Part shown: in pieces, positions 11,079 through 19,205 of the stretch | Position numbering within the stretch: the first letter of the stretch is position 1 | Layout of the letters: each line of letters opens with the position of its first letter | Assembly (NCBI GenBank): GCA_002448285.1 | Contig: DJWX01000011.1 | Location: 185,907-249,906, forward strand | Reading direction: 5' to 3' | Source: Candidatus Ruminimicrobiellum ovillum | Lineage (GTDB): Bacteria > Elusimicrobiota > Endomicrobiia > Endomicrobiales > Endomicrobiaceae | DNA length: 64,000 nucleotides | Translations under genes and position numbers: made by a program | Notes under the pieces: model-generated | The model's input: only the letters and a program-made list of their open reading frames with translations | Told to the model about the DNA's origin: nothing | The model's database searches: none

Positions 11079-12034
11079 TATCTTCTAAATCTTCTAAATC
11101 CTGAACATTCAATAAATTCCAGTTGTCCGTATTTCTTTTCTAACCCATCGAGCATTAAATTTATCCCGAGATTATCCGAAGAAATATGTCCCGCAACAAC
11201 GGCATTTATTTTATATTTTCCCATCTCTTTATAATGTTTCTCGCTAAAATGCATACCTACAATCGTTCCCACACCGGCATTGGCAAGCTTTTCTATCATT
11301 TCTACAGGACCTTCAGTTCCGCCTGTCATATCAACAAAAATTTTACCGCATTTGGAATTTTTACTTCCGCACAATATGGTAGGTCCGTTACCGAATGTTT
11401 TTGCATATTTATATTCGGGTATATCTTTTAAGAAATCCATTATATCTTTTAAATATCGCGGTTTTAATGCATCCAACCTGCTTTGCAAATATTTTACAAC
11501 ATGGTTATCCGCAACAGTATGTGCCGTCATCATGGGAATATTTAAAAGTTTTGCCGCATCATAAACTCTTTGATGATTGCTTCCGGCAACACTTCTTTCC
11601 ACTTCATCCGCTCTTGAGCCTATAAGTTTTTCGGAAACATTTATAGGAACACCCTGGACTTCATTTATTTCCGCCTGCATTCCTATAACCTGATAAAAAG
11701 TCGAAAAAGCTTTTCCTTTCGGATGATGACCTAAAACCACATCTATTTTTTTACCGGAAAGTCTTAATTGGTTTGCAATCAAAAGTTCCGGTGCTTCGAT
11801 ATCTATACCAACCATAACGGTTTTTATATCTTCGTCTCCGGTTCCGAAAATTATTCTTGAATCGGCATAAGGATTTGTTAATAAATCAATATCGAAATCC
11901 TCTTTTGCCTGTTTATCTAATTTATTATATTTTTCGTTTATTTCTTTTAATCTTGTATTAACTTCATCTTTGCCACGAGGGTCATTTTCTATTCCTGCCT
12001 GTACGAAAAAATCGTACATTTGTTTCAATTTCAT
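11078..12034 (-). CDS. NIF3 (YqfO/YbgI) family dinuclear-metal-centre protein
   Basis: GHHP, AHTVADNH and AGHISSDNLG motifs in the spacing typical of NIF3 proteins. Located between rpsU and dnaG. Confidence 0.6.
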   Translation of the reverse strand: MKLKQMYDFFVQAGIENDPRGKDEVNTRLKEINEKYNKLDKQAKEDFDIDLLTNPYADSRIIFGTGDEDIKTVMVGIDIEAPELLIANQLRLSGKKIDVVLGHHPKGKAFSTFYQVIGMQAEINEVQGVPINVSEKLIGSRADEVERSVAGSNHQRVYDAAKLLNIPMMTAHTVADNHVVKYLQSRLDALKPRYLKDIMDFLKDIPEYKYAKTFGNGPTILCGSKNSKCGKIFVDMTGGTEGPVEMIEKLANAGVGTIVGMHFSEKHYKEMGKYKINAVVAGHISSDNLGINLMLDGLEKKYGQLEFIECSGFRRFRR

Positions 12035-12054
12035 ATAAACCTCCCTTTAACAAA

Positions 12055-12105
12055 AATGCAAACAAAGGGGACATTCTCAATACTTCCGAATATCCCCCTT
12101 TGTTT
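12055..12105 (-). terminator. Intercistronic hairpin (possible attenuator/terminator) between rpsU and the NIF3-dnaG-rpoD genes
   Basis: aaacaaagggg (12060-12070) pairs with cccctttgttt (~12095-12105) around a ~24-nt loop. On the minus strand it is followed by GCATTTTTG. Confidence 0.45.
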
Positions 12106-12135
12106 AATAATTTTTCAACAAATTTATCAACTAGA

Positions 12136-12342
12136 TTATCTTGACCAATTGTTGTCTTTCATCATTTTGCGACGAATTTTTCTTTTAGCTTCAGCAAGTT
12201 TTTCTTTTTTTATAACACTAGGAGATTTATAAAATTCCCTCTTTTTAATCTCTTGCATTATTCCGTTTCTTTCGCATTCTCTTTTAAATCTTCTGATAGC
12301 TTCTTCTATTGATTCGCCATCTCTTACCTTAACACTAACCAT
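12136..12342 (-). CDS. rpsU: 30S ribosomal protein S21
   Basis: MVSVKVRDGESIEEAIRRFKRECERNGIMQEIKKREFYKSPS... is a near-consensus S21 sequence. Confidence 0.9.
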   Translation of the reverse strand: MVSVKVRDGESIEEAIRRFKRECERNGIMQEIKKREFYKSPSVIKKEKLAEAKRKIRRKMMKDNNWSR

Positions 12343-12381
12343 TTAAATTTACACCACCTTTTTTTGTGACTTAAATCTATT

Positions 12382-12723
12382 CTAACCCGGAGGCCAACCG
12401 AAAGTTCTGCCACCAAGCAAATGATAATGAATATGAGCAACCGTCTGCCCGCCGTCAACTCCGCAATTATTTACAAGTCTGTATCCGTCATTCAAATTAT
12501 TTTCTTTTGCCAACTTACTTGCAACAAGCTGTATATGTCCTAACAATTCAACATCTTCATTAGAAACATCTTCAAGACTTTTAATATGCTTTTTCGGAAT
12601 AATCAAAATATGCACGGGAGCTTGAGGATTTATATCCCCGAAAGCCAACACTTTATCGTCTTCATAAACTTTGTTAGTAGGTATTTCTCCAGCCACAATT
12701 TTACAAAAAAGACAATCTGCCAT
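12382..12723 (-). CDS. HIT family (HinT-like) nucleotide phosphoramidase
   Basis: MADCLFCKIVAGEIP N-terminus and histidine triad HIHYHLLGG. I moved the start to Met7 of the track ORF (ATG at 12723). Confidence 0.85.
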   Translation of the reverse strand: MADCLFCKIVAGEIPTNKVYEDDKVLAFGDINPQAPVHILIIPKKHIKSLEDVSNEDVELLGHIQLVASKLAKENNLNDGYRLVNNCGVDGGQTVAHIHYHLLGGRTFGWPPG

Positions 12724-12762
12724 AAAAACCCCAAAAAGCATATATTAACAACTAACTGAGTA

Positions 12763-12791
12763 ATTATATATTTTTTTTATTAAAAACTCAA
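12763..12791 (-). promoter_or_regulatory. Candidate sigma-70 promoter for hit-rpsU
   Basis: Minus strand reads TTGAGT-17 nt-TATAAT (-35 at 12786-12791, -10 at 12763-12768), about 40 nt upstream of the hit ATG. Confidence 0.5.
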
Positions 12792-12806
12792 TATTTTTAT
12801 ACATAT

Positions 12807-12840
12807 AAAAAAAAGAAACAATTTATAAAAAATGTTTCTT
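12807..12840 (-). terminator. Terminator after tRNA-Gln
   Basis: Stem aagaaaca/tgtttctt (12813-12820 / 12833-12840), followed on the minus strand by a T8 run. Confidence 0.6.
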
Positions 12841-12856
12841 TTTAATTTATACCAAA

Positions 12857-12927
12857 CTCCGAGACCAGGATTCGAACCTAGACGAAGGGATCCAAATTCC
12901 CTTGTGCTACCATTACACTATCTCGGA
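12857..12927 (-). tRNA. tRNA-Gln (anticodon UUG), CCA not encoded
   Basis: Minus strand reads TCCGAGA-TA-GTGTAATGGTAGCAC-A-AGGGA-ATTTGGA-TCCCT-...-GGTTCGAATCC-...-TCTCGGA-G. The cloverleaf can be drawn by hand and the anticodon loop is A-U-UUG-G-A. Confidence 0.85.
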
Positions 12928-12933
12928 ATTAAA

Positions 12934-13218
12934 TTATATTGTCTGAGTATCGGTTGCCGGTGCTTCAGCTAACTTTTTTTCGTAAGCGTCCAAAACAACT
13001 TTTTCCAATTCACTTCTAAACTCATTTGTTATAGGATGAGCTATATCTTTGAAAGTTCCGTCATTCTTTTTTCTTGAAGGCATACAAACCATCAAACCTT
13101 TCTCACCTTTAACAATTCTTAAATTATGAACAACAAATACACTATCGAATGTAATTGCCGCATAGGCTTTTAATTTTTCTTCTTCTTTTGGGAAAATTCT
13201 AACCTCAGTTATTTTCAT
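12934..13218 (-). CDS. spoVG: Septation/regulatory protein SpoVG
   Basis: MKITEVRIFPKEEEKLKAYAAITFDSVFVVHNLRIVKGEKGLMVCMPSRK is near-consensus SpoVG. Start moved to Met23, with a GGAGGAG RBS upstream. Confidence 0.9.
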   Translation of the reverse strand: MKITEVRIFPKEEEKLKAYAAITFDSVFVVHNLRIVKGEKGLMVCMPSRKKNDGTFKDIAHPITNEFRSELEKVVLDAYEKKLAEAPATDTQTI

Positions 13219-13235
13219 AACTCCTCCGTTCAGCT

Positions 13236-14093
13236 CTATTTGCTGACTTCGAATGAGCTCGCAACCCAAACATTCCAGCCACATTTTTTTAATTCATTTA
13301 AGATAAAATCTAAATTTTCTTTATCATGAACTAAACCAAAAACAGTAGCTCCGGAACCCGACATCAAACTCGCACACCCTAAATCTTCAAGAACTTCCCT
13401 TATTTGTTTTATTTCTTGATACTCTTCAAAGATAAAATCTTCAAACCTATTAAAAAAAAGATCCTTTGCACTTTCAAAATCAAACACACCTTTTTCAAGG
13501 CTTCTGATAATTTTACTAATTTTACGGGGATTTGTCAATGGAAATTTTACTTTGGAATAAGCATGCGGAGTAGATACTCCGAAATTTGGTTTTACCAAAA
13601 CAAAATCCAACGATAATTTTGTGTTTATTTTTTCAACAATATCGCCTATGCCCGAAATTTTTGCCGTTCCGCCCGTCATAAAAAAAGGAACATCTGCACC
13701 CAATTCGGCTCCTGACTGTTCCAAATTTTTTATGTCGTCATTTATGTCCCATATTTTATTTAAAGCAAGAATTGTCGCAGCAGCATCGGAAGAACCTCCG
13801 CCCAAACCGGCACCCATAGGAATATTTTTTGTAAGCTTTATTTTTACACCGCTATTTATGTTATATTTTTCTTTAACTTTTTCGGCGGCTTTATAAACAA
13901 GATTTTTTTTGGTATCAAATAAATCCGCATTATCGCAAACAAGTTCTATTTTGTTATCTTTAATTTTTGTAAACTCTAAAATATCAAACAAAGAAACGGT
14001 ATGCATAACGGATTCTATGTTATGATATCCGTCCGGTCTTTTGTTTATGATTTCCAAATATAAATTAATCTTGGCCGGTGCTTTTACTATCAT
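13236..14093 (-). CDS. ispE: 4-diphosphocytidyl-2-C-methyl-D-erythritol kinase
   Basis: MIVKAPAKINLYLEIINKRPDGYHNIESVM and the GHMP kinase motif PMGAGLGGGSSDAAA. Start moved to Met16. Confidence 0.9.
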   Translation of the reverse strand: MIVKAPAKINLYLEIINKRPDGYHNIESVMHTVSLFDILEFTKIKDNKIELVCDNADLFDTKKNLVYKAAEKVKEKYNINSGVKIKLTKNIPMGAGLGGGSSDAAATILALNKIWDINDDIKNLEQSGAELGADVPFFMTGGTAKISGIGDIVEKINTKLSLDFVLVKPNFGVSTPHAYSKVKFPLTNPRKISKIIRSLEKGVFDFESAKDLFFNRFEDFIFEEYQEIKQIREVLEDLGCASLMSGSGATVFGLVHDKENLDFILNELKKCGWNVWVASSFEVSK

Positions 14094-16251
14094 CGTTTGT
14101 CTGCCCGATAAATTTTTGTAAATCCGGAAGTGATACATTTGACGATTTTGTCAAATCGCATACACACTTAAAACCGTTTTTTTCAGCTATAAAAGTTGCC
14201 TTTGACGGAAATTTTGAAATGTTATTAAAAGTCTTATACGAATTAAATTTCAAGTCAAATGAATTTGTTTTTATAAACTCCTTAAACATTCCGCTAGCGG
14301 AATCTATCTTTATTGTGTATTCGTTATTTTGATAAATAATTTCTTTCCCTTTTTGTTTCATATCCGAAGAGAACAATAAAGTTATAAAATCTTTTGATAA
14401 TATAAGTTTTGCAAAGTCAAACATGGATGTAAAATCTTCGGGAATATTTTCTTCCATTGCTTGCGGATAAAACTCAATATTATCGTTTATATAAACACTT
14501 CCGCCCTGAAAAGATAGTTTCGGAGGAAATTCAAAAAGCATTCCGTATTTTCTTGCAAACAGAACGGACATGTAAGAAGACACTGATACGCCCTTCATTT
14601 TTATGTTAATTTTATAACCGGACTTTAAAGATGCGATTCTGTGAAAATTCAATATTGCTCTTTCGGCAACAACTTTATATTTTTCTTGTTGCAAATCTTT
14701 TTCCTGTGCAAATTTTTTATCCAACAAATTCAATTTTTTCTTTGCGGTTTTGGAACCCAAATCGTAAGCAACGGCATATGCTAACCACGATTGAGATAAT
14801 TTTTTAAGTTCTATACTTATATCCCCCAAATGCTCGTAGATATCTCTATCAAAAACTTTGGGTTGTGTGTTTGCCGCAGCGAAAATATATTTTTCTGCCA
14901 ACTCATAATTTCTTTTTTTGTAATATAACCAACCCAACGAATCCAAGTATGCCGGAACATTCGGTTGCAACTTCACGACTTTTATAAGCATTTGTTCGGC
15001 TTCGTCCAAATGTATCGTCTTTTCCGTATAACTGTAAGCCAAATAATTTAGAGCTTTAACATTATCCGGTTCAACTGCTATTATTTCCTTTAAGAGCTGT
15101 TCTGCTTTATTAAAATTTTTAAGTTTATCGTATGAAAGAGCCAAATAAAATTTAGCTTCGTTAAAATCCGGTTTTAAATATAAAGATTCTTCTAAAACCT
15201 TTTTAGCTTTTTCATATTTTTTTGAATCTATATAATTTAAACCTGCCAAATATAATATTTCGGAATTTAACGGTTCTTTTTCCAATGCATTGTCAAGATA
15301 TTTTTCCGCGGATTTATAATCCTGTTTTAATGCATAATAATAACCTAACCTTGTATAATTTGCCGCCGTAGGTTCCAATTTTACTATATGTTCAAAAACA
15401 TCTATCGCATCATCAATTTTATCTTGTTTTTCATATATCATTCCCAATAAATAATTTAAAATAACATTGTTCGGTGCGGTTTCTTTTGCTTTTAAAACTA
15501 TTTCTTCGGCTTCGTCATATTTTTTTTCTTCGAAATAACATTTGCCGAGATATGTTAATATTGCAACATTTCCCGAAAAAAGTTTTGCATATTCTTTATA
15601 TTCCTGTATTGCAAGTTTATATTCTTTTTTGTTTTCATAAATTCTGGCTCTTGCCAAATAACCTTCCTGTGCTTCGGATTTTATTTCATTAACTTTTTTA
15701 TATGATTGCAGAGCTTCATCGAGCATACCGAGTTTTTCCTGCGTTAAACCCAGTTGAAAATATCCTTCTGCGGATTCAGGTTGTTGTTCCAAAAATTTTG
15801 TCCAATAATCAATTGATTCTTTTAGTTTGTTGTCGGAATAGTAATATGCGGCCAAATATACGGTTGCCATTTCGTTTTCGGGTTCAAGTTCCAAAACTCT
15901 TTCCCAACATTGTTTTGCCGAAAGCATTTCATTTATTGAAAGATAAAAAGAACCTAAAAACATTTGTGTTTTAACATTATCGTTTTCAAGTTCTTGAAGT
16001 TTTTTTGCACTCTCCAATGCTTTTGTAACATCTCCCTGCTGCAAATAAACAAGTGCTAAATCTTTATAAACGGTTGTAGCGTCCGTATCGTAAGATAAAG
16101 TTCTTTCATATTCGGAAACAGCAACATCCGATTTTCCTTTTTTTAATGCAAGTAATCCCTTTATATAGGATTTATATCCGCTGTAACTTGCATAAGAAAA
16201 GCTTTCAAAACAGAATATCAATGCAACCGTTAAACTTAATATTTTTTTCAT
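14065..16251 (-). CDS. Secreted TPR-repeat protein with a ~206-aa non-TPR C-terminal domain (possibly LolB/DUF4292-like)
   Basis: N-terminal signal sequence and at least 10 TPR-like 34-aa repeats (AxxxYxxAL..P patterns). The C-terminal beta-rich domain starts at about aa 523. Confidence 0.6.
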   Translation of the reverse strand: MKKILSLTVALIFCFESFSYASYSGYKSYIKGLLALKKGKSDVAVSEYERTLSYDTDATTVYKDLALVYLQQGDVTKALESAKKLQELENDNVKTQMFLGSFYLSINEMLSAKQCWERVLELEPENEMATVYLAAYYYSDNKLKESIDYWTKFLEQQPESAEGYFQLGLTQEKLGMLDEALQSYKKVNEIKSEAQEGYLARARIYENKKEYKLAIQEYKEYAKLFSGNVAILTYLGKCYFEEKKYDEAEEIVLKAKETAPNNVILNYLLGMIYEKQDKIDDAIDVFEHIVKLEPTAANYTRLGYYYALKQDYKSAEKYLDNALEKEPLNSEILYLAGLNYIDSKKYEKAKKVLEESLYLKPDFNEAKFYLALSYDKLKNFNKAEQLLKEIIAVEPDNVKALNYLAYSYTEKTIHLDEAEQMLIKVVKLQPNVPAYLDSLGWLYYKKRNYELAEKYIFAAANTQPKVFDRDIYEHLGDISIELKKLSQSWLAYAVAYDLGSKTAKKKLNLLDKKFAQEKDLQQEKYKVVAERAILNFHRIASLKSGYKINIKMKGVSVSSYMSVLFARKYGMLFEFPPKLSFQGGSVYINDNIEFYPQAMEENIPEDFTSMFDFAKLILSKDFITLLFSSDMKQKGKEIIYQNNEYTIKIDSASGMFKEFIKTNSFDLKFNSYKTFNNISKFPSKATFIAEKNGFKCVCDLTKSSNVSLPDLQKFIGQTNDDSKSTGQD

Positions 16252-16306
16252 TATTTTCTCTTTATAAGTTTTTAATTATTTTATCATTTTGTACAACAAA
16301 ATACTA

Positions 16307-17437
16307 TTAACTGAAAAACTTTTTAAAGAAACTGTCGTTTTTCTGAACGGCATCTTTCGGAACTTCACCCATGGTTTTTGCAAATTCAAACAATGCTTTT
16401 TTCTGTTCCGAATTTAAACTTTTCGGAACATTTATATTAACTTTAACATATAAATCTCCCCTTATTCCTCTTCTGCCGAGTTTAGGGAAACCTTGATCTC
16501 TAACTCTTAATATCGTTCCGGGTTGTGTTCCCGGGGCAATTTTAACTTTAACTTTTCCGTCTAAGACAGGCACATCATATTCCATTCCCAAAGATGCTTG
16601 TGCGAATGTAAGTCTTATTTCGGTATGTAAATCGTCTCCTTCTCTTACAAAACCGGGCTGTTTTTTCAAATGTATAACAACATACAAATCTCCCGGCTGA
16701 GCACCTTTCGGACCTGCATCTCCCGCGCCGGAAACTCTTAATGTACTGCCGCCGTTAACACCTTGAGGTATTCTTACTTTTATTGTTTTATTTGTTCTTA
16801 TTGTTCCCGTTCCTCTGCAAGTAGGACAAGGATTATCTATAATTTGTCCCTCGCCATGACATTTGGGACATGTTTGAGTGAAAGAGAAAAAGCCTTGACT
16901 AACCCTAACCTGTCCCCTTCCTTTACATTGAGGACATGTTTTCGGAGTTGTTCCCGCTTTTGCTCCTGTTCCTCCGCAAGTTTGACAAGTATCTCTTTTA
17001 GTAACATCCAAAGATACTTCTTTACCTGTCATTGCATCAAGCATAGATATATCCAAATCGTATCTTAAATCTGCACCTTTTCTGTATTGTCTTTGAGCCC
17101 CGCCCGACGATCTTCCCGCTCTGCCGCCGCCGAATATGTCGCCGAATATGTCGCCGAATATGTCGCCCATATCTCCCATATTACCGAAACCGCCCGCACC
17201 GGCTCCGCCCATACCGTTCATACCTTCGTGACCGAATGCATCATATTGCTGTTTCTTTTGCGGATTAGACAAAACGTCGTAAGCTTCATTTATCTCTTTA
17301 AACTTTTCTTCGGCTTCTTTATTTCCCGGGTTTCTGTCGGGATGATATTTTATTGCCAAGTGTCTGTATGCTTTTTTTATTTCGTCGGCCGATGCTCCTT
17401 TTTGAACACCGAGCACTTCATAAAAATCTTTTTTCAT
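16307..17437 (-). CDS. dnaJ: Chaperone DnaJ (Hsp40)
   Basis: J-domain DFYEVLGV...HPDRN, G/F-rich linker, and four CxxCxGxG zinc motifs. Confidence 0.95.
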   Translation of the reverse strand: MKKDFYEVLGVQKGASADEIKKAYRHLAIKYHPDRNPGNKEAEEKFKEINEAYDVLSNPQKKQQYDAFGHEGMNGMGGAGAGGFGNMGDMGDIFGDIFGDIFGGGRAGRSSGGAQRQYRKGADLRYDLDISMLDAMTGKEVSLDVTKRDTCQTCGGTGAKAGTTPKTCPQCKGRGQVRVSQGFFSFTQTCPKCHGEGQIIDNPCPTCRGTGTIRTNKTIKVRIPQGVNGGSTLRVSGAGDAGPKGAQPGDLYVVIHLKKQPGFVREGDDLHTEIRLTFAQASLGMEYDVPVLDGKVKVKIAPGTQPGTILRVRDQGFPKLGRRGIRGDLYVKVNINVPKSLNSEQKKALFEFAKTMGEVPKDAVQKNDSFFKKFFS

Positions 17438-17475
17438 TTTTTCCCTCTTATATTTGAGCGAAGCGACTTCATCTT
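17429..17475 (-). repeat. Direct repeat copy 1 (dnaJ leader and start codon)
   Basis: A 33-nt block (17443-17475) is identical to 18778-18810. The similarity continues through a T-run (T5 vs T3), the ATG and AAAAAA. Confidence 0.9.
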
Positions 17476-17493
17476 AAAATTGCTTCGCAAATT

Positions 17494-18774
17494 TTATTTA
17501 AACTTCTTTGAAGCTATTTTTTTCTCAACTTCACTTAAAGAAAAATTTAACGGTATAACCAACTGACCGTTATAATTATATGCTCCGTATTTGTTTGCAA
17601 CTTTACTTACTATATAATACGGAAATTTTTCGTTTGCCGTATAATATTCTTTTATAAACGTATATTGGTTAGGAACAATTAACGAATTGTTACCGATTTC
17701 CGCAATACCGTAAAAGTTATTTTGTAAAATTTTAAATCTCGGAAAATTTTGACTTATACCGAGTGCATTTTTTTCTATATTATCATATTCGGGAACAACC
17801 GTTTGCTCCAAAACAGGATCAAATACGGAATATTTATTTTGATTTCTTACAATTAATAATAATCTTTTTTCATATCCGTTGTTTGTTATAACATTTCTTA
17901 AAGTTGTTTCTATAGGATAAATACTTTTAACTATAAACCGACCAAACGGATCAAATATTTTATACTCATAAGGATTAAATAATGATCTGCCGTAAAAATA
18001 ATGCTGATTTGCATATTCAATAGTATCTAACTGCGAATACTTAAATACCCTTATATTATTTTGTTCTTCTTCCGATTTGATAAAAAACATATTCCATGTT
18101 TGTGTTCCGTCAAGTTCTGTTTTTCCATAAGCCGTAACAGCTCCAGGAATACGAAATGTTAATTTTTTATCAAATTCTTTATCCAACATAATAAAATTAC
18201 CGTTAGTAATTTTTTCCGTAACGGGTAAATTTATTTGAGGAACAGTTGTCGGATATTTTCCTAAAACAGGTATTTCCGGATGAGTAACCGTAACATTATT
18301 ATTTTCATCCATAGGTTTATGATCTTTCAATTTTGTAGATATTTTGTCATATTGTTTTGTTAAATTATCAATATTTTTAACATAAATTTTAACATTACTT
18401 AATGCTGCTTCTTTTTGTTTTGGTGTATTTGCCTCGTAATATTGGTCTATTCGTTGCTGCAACAACATCCATTGTATACCGATATAACATCCGTCTTTGT
18501 GACTACCGTTCTTATATCCGCATTCAGGACAAGTTGCTAATTTTTTTGGTATTAATTCATTCAACTGAGCATCATAATTGCTAAAATCATAATCATTTGA
18601 TACTGTTTCTTTTCTGTATGAAGGGCACCAAGTTTCATGTCCGTTTTCTTTTTCGCAATATCCGCAAACAGCTTTACTTACCCCAGGAGCACTCCAAGCA
18701 AAAACCATATTTTGAACCGATGTTGCTAAAAACATCATCGTTAACAAAATAATTCCTAATTTTATTTTTTTCAT
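17494..18774 (-). CDS. Secreted WG-repeat protein with two N-terminal CxxC-x8/9-C motifs (function unknown)
   Basis: Signal peptide MKKIKLGIILLTMMFLATSVQNMVFA. Motifs CGYCEKENGHETWC and CPECGYKNGSHKDGC. C-terminal WG/KWG-like repeats (KYGAYNYNGQLVIPLNF, FYGIAEIGNNSLIVPNQY). I placed the start at the second Met (18774), which has a GAGGG RBS. Confidence 0.6.
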   Translation of the reverse strand: MKKIKLGIILLTMMFLATSVQNMVFAWSAPGVSKAVCGYCEKENGHETWCPSYRKETVSNDYDFSNYDAQLNELIPKKLATCPECGYKNGSHKDGCYIGIQWMLLQQRIDQYYEANTPKQKEAALSNVKIYVKNIDNLTKQYDKISTKLKDHKPMDENNNVTVTHPEIPVLGKYPTTVPQINLPVTEKITNGNFIMLDKEFDKKLTFRIPGAVTAYGKTELDGTQTWNMFFIKSEEEQNNIRVFKYSQLDTIEYANQHYFYGRSLFNPYEYKIFDPFGRFIVKSIYPIETTLRNVITNNGYEKRLLLIVRNQNKYSVFDPVLEQTVVPEYDNIEKNALGISQNFPRFKILQNNFYGIAEIGNNSLIVPNQYTFIKEYYTANEKFPYYIVSKVANKYGAYNYNGQLVIPLNFSLSEVEKKIASKKFK

Positions 18775-18810
18775 TTTCCCTCTTATATTTGAGCGAAGCG
18801 ACTTCATCTT
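18765..18810 (-). repeat. Direct repeat copy 2 (leader and start codon of the WG-repeat gene)
   Basis: See copy 1. Together the two copies bracket exactly the 1.3-kb WG-repeat gene. Confidence 0.9.
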
Positions 18811-19017
18811 TTTAATTTTAACTTTGTATTTGCCTCAATCGAGTACCAACCGCTACCGCTTTCTTTTTGTACACTTCATTCGGTAAATACTTCGTTAAAA
18901 TTTAAAATCTAAGAAGTCTTACAAAGCAACAAACAATGTATTTTGCTTCGCAATTTTTCAAATAAAATCATTAAAAAATATCTTTTAATACTCTTTAAAA
19001 ATTTTATCTTTTAACTA

Positions 19018-19046
19018 CGAGATACCGCATCAAGTGCGGTATGACA
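19018..19046. repeat. Hairpin repeat B1 (CGAGAT-stem-TCAAG-stem-GACA)
   Basis: cgag-ataccgca-tcaag-tgcggtat-gaca: an 8-bp stem with the same flanks as B3. Confidence 0.8.
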
Positions 19047-19172
19047 ATATACTTCTTTTTAAACTTGCGAAACTATCAACAGGCTAAAACGACAATTTAT
19101 AATTTACAATGTATAATGTACAATTAACAACAAACACAAATGACTAAACAAATTTTTCTTTTTAAACTCGGA

Positions 19173-19205
19173 AACTACCAACAGGCTTTTTGCCTGTTGA
19201 TAGTT
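19173..19205 (+). terminator. 14-bp stem hairpin (terminator-like on the plus strand)
   Basis: aactaccaacaggc-ttttt-gcctgttgatagtt, followed by ctaattttt. The right arm is the exact reverse complement of 19071-19084. Confidence 0.4.

Noticed and set aside
13219-13284. Several track ORFs carry upstream extensions: spoVG (22 aa), ispE (15 aa, up to 14138), tgt (19 aa, up to 53525), tadC (20 aa, up to 36438), hit (6 aa) and ugd (4 aa).
   Set aside because: In each case an internal Met reproduces the conserved family N-terminus. That Met also has a Shine-Dalgarno sequence or a 1-4-nt overlap with the upstream stop. The extensions overlap the preceding gene.
17438-17472. A 12-codon upstream ORF ([12 protein letters not shown]) sits in the dnaJ leader, with its stop overlapping the dnaJ ATG.
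   Set aside because: No Shine-Dalgarno sequence precedes its ATG in either repeat copy, and the peptide has no recognisable features. I kept it only as a note inside the direct-repeat finding.
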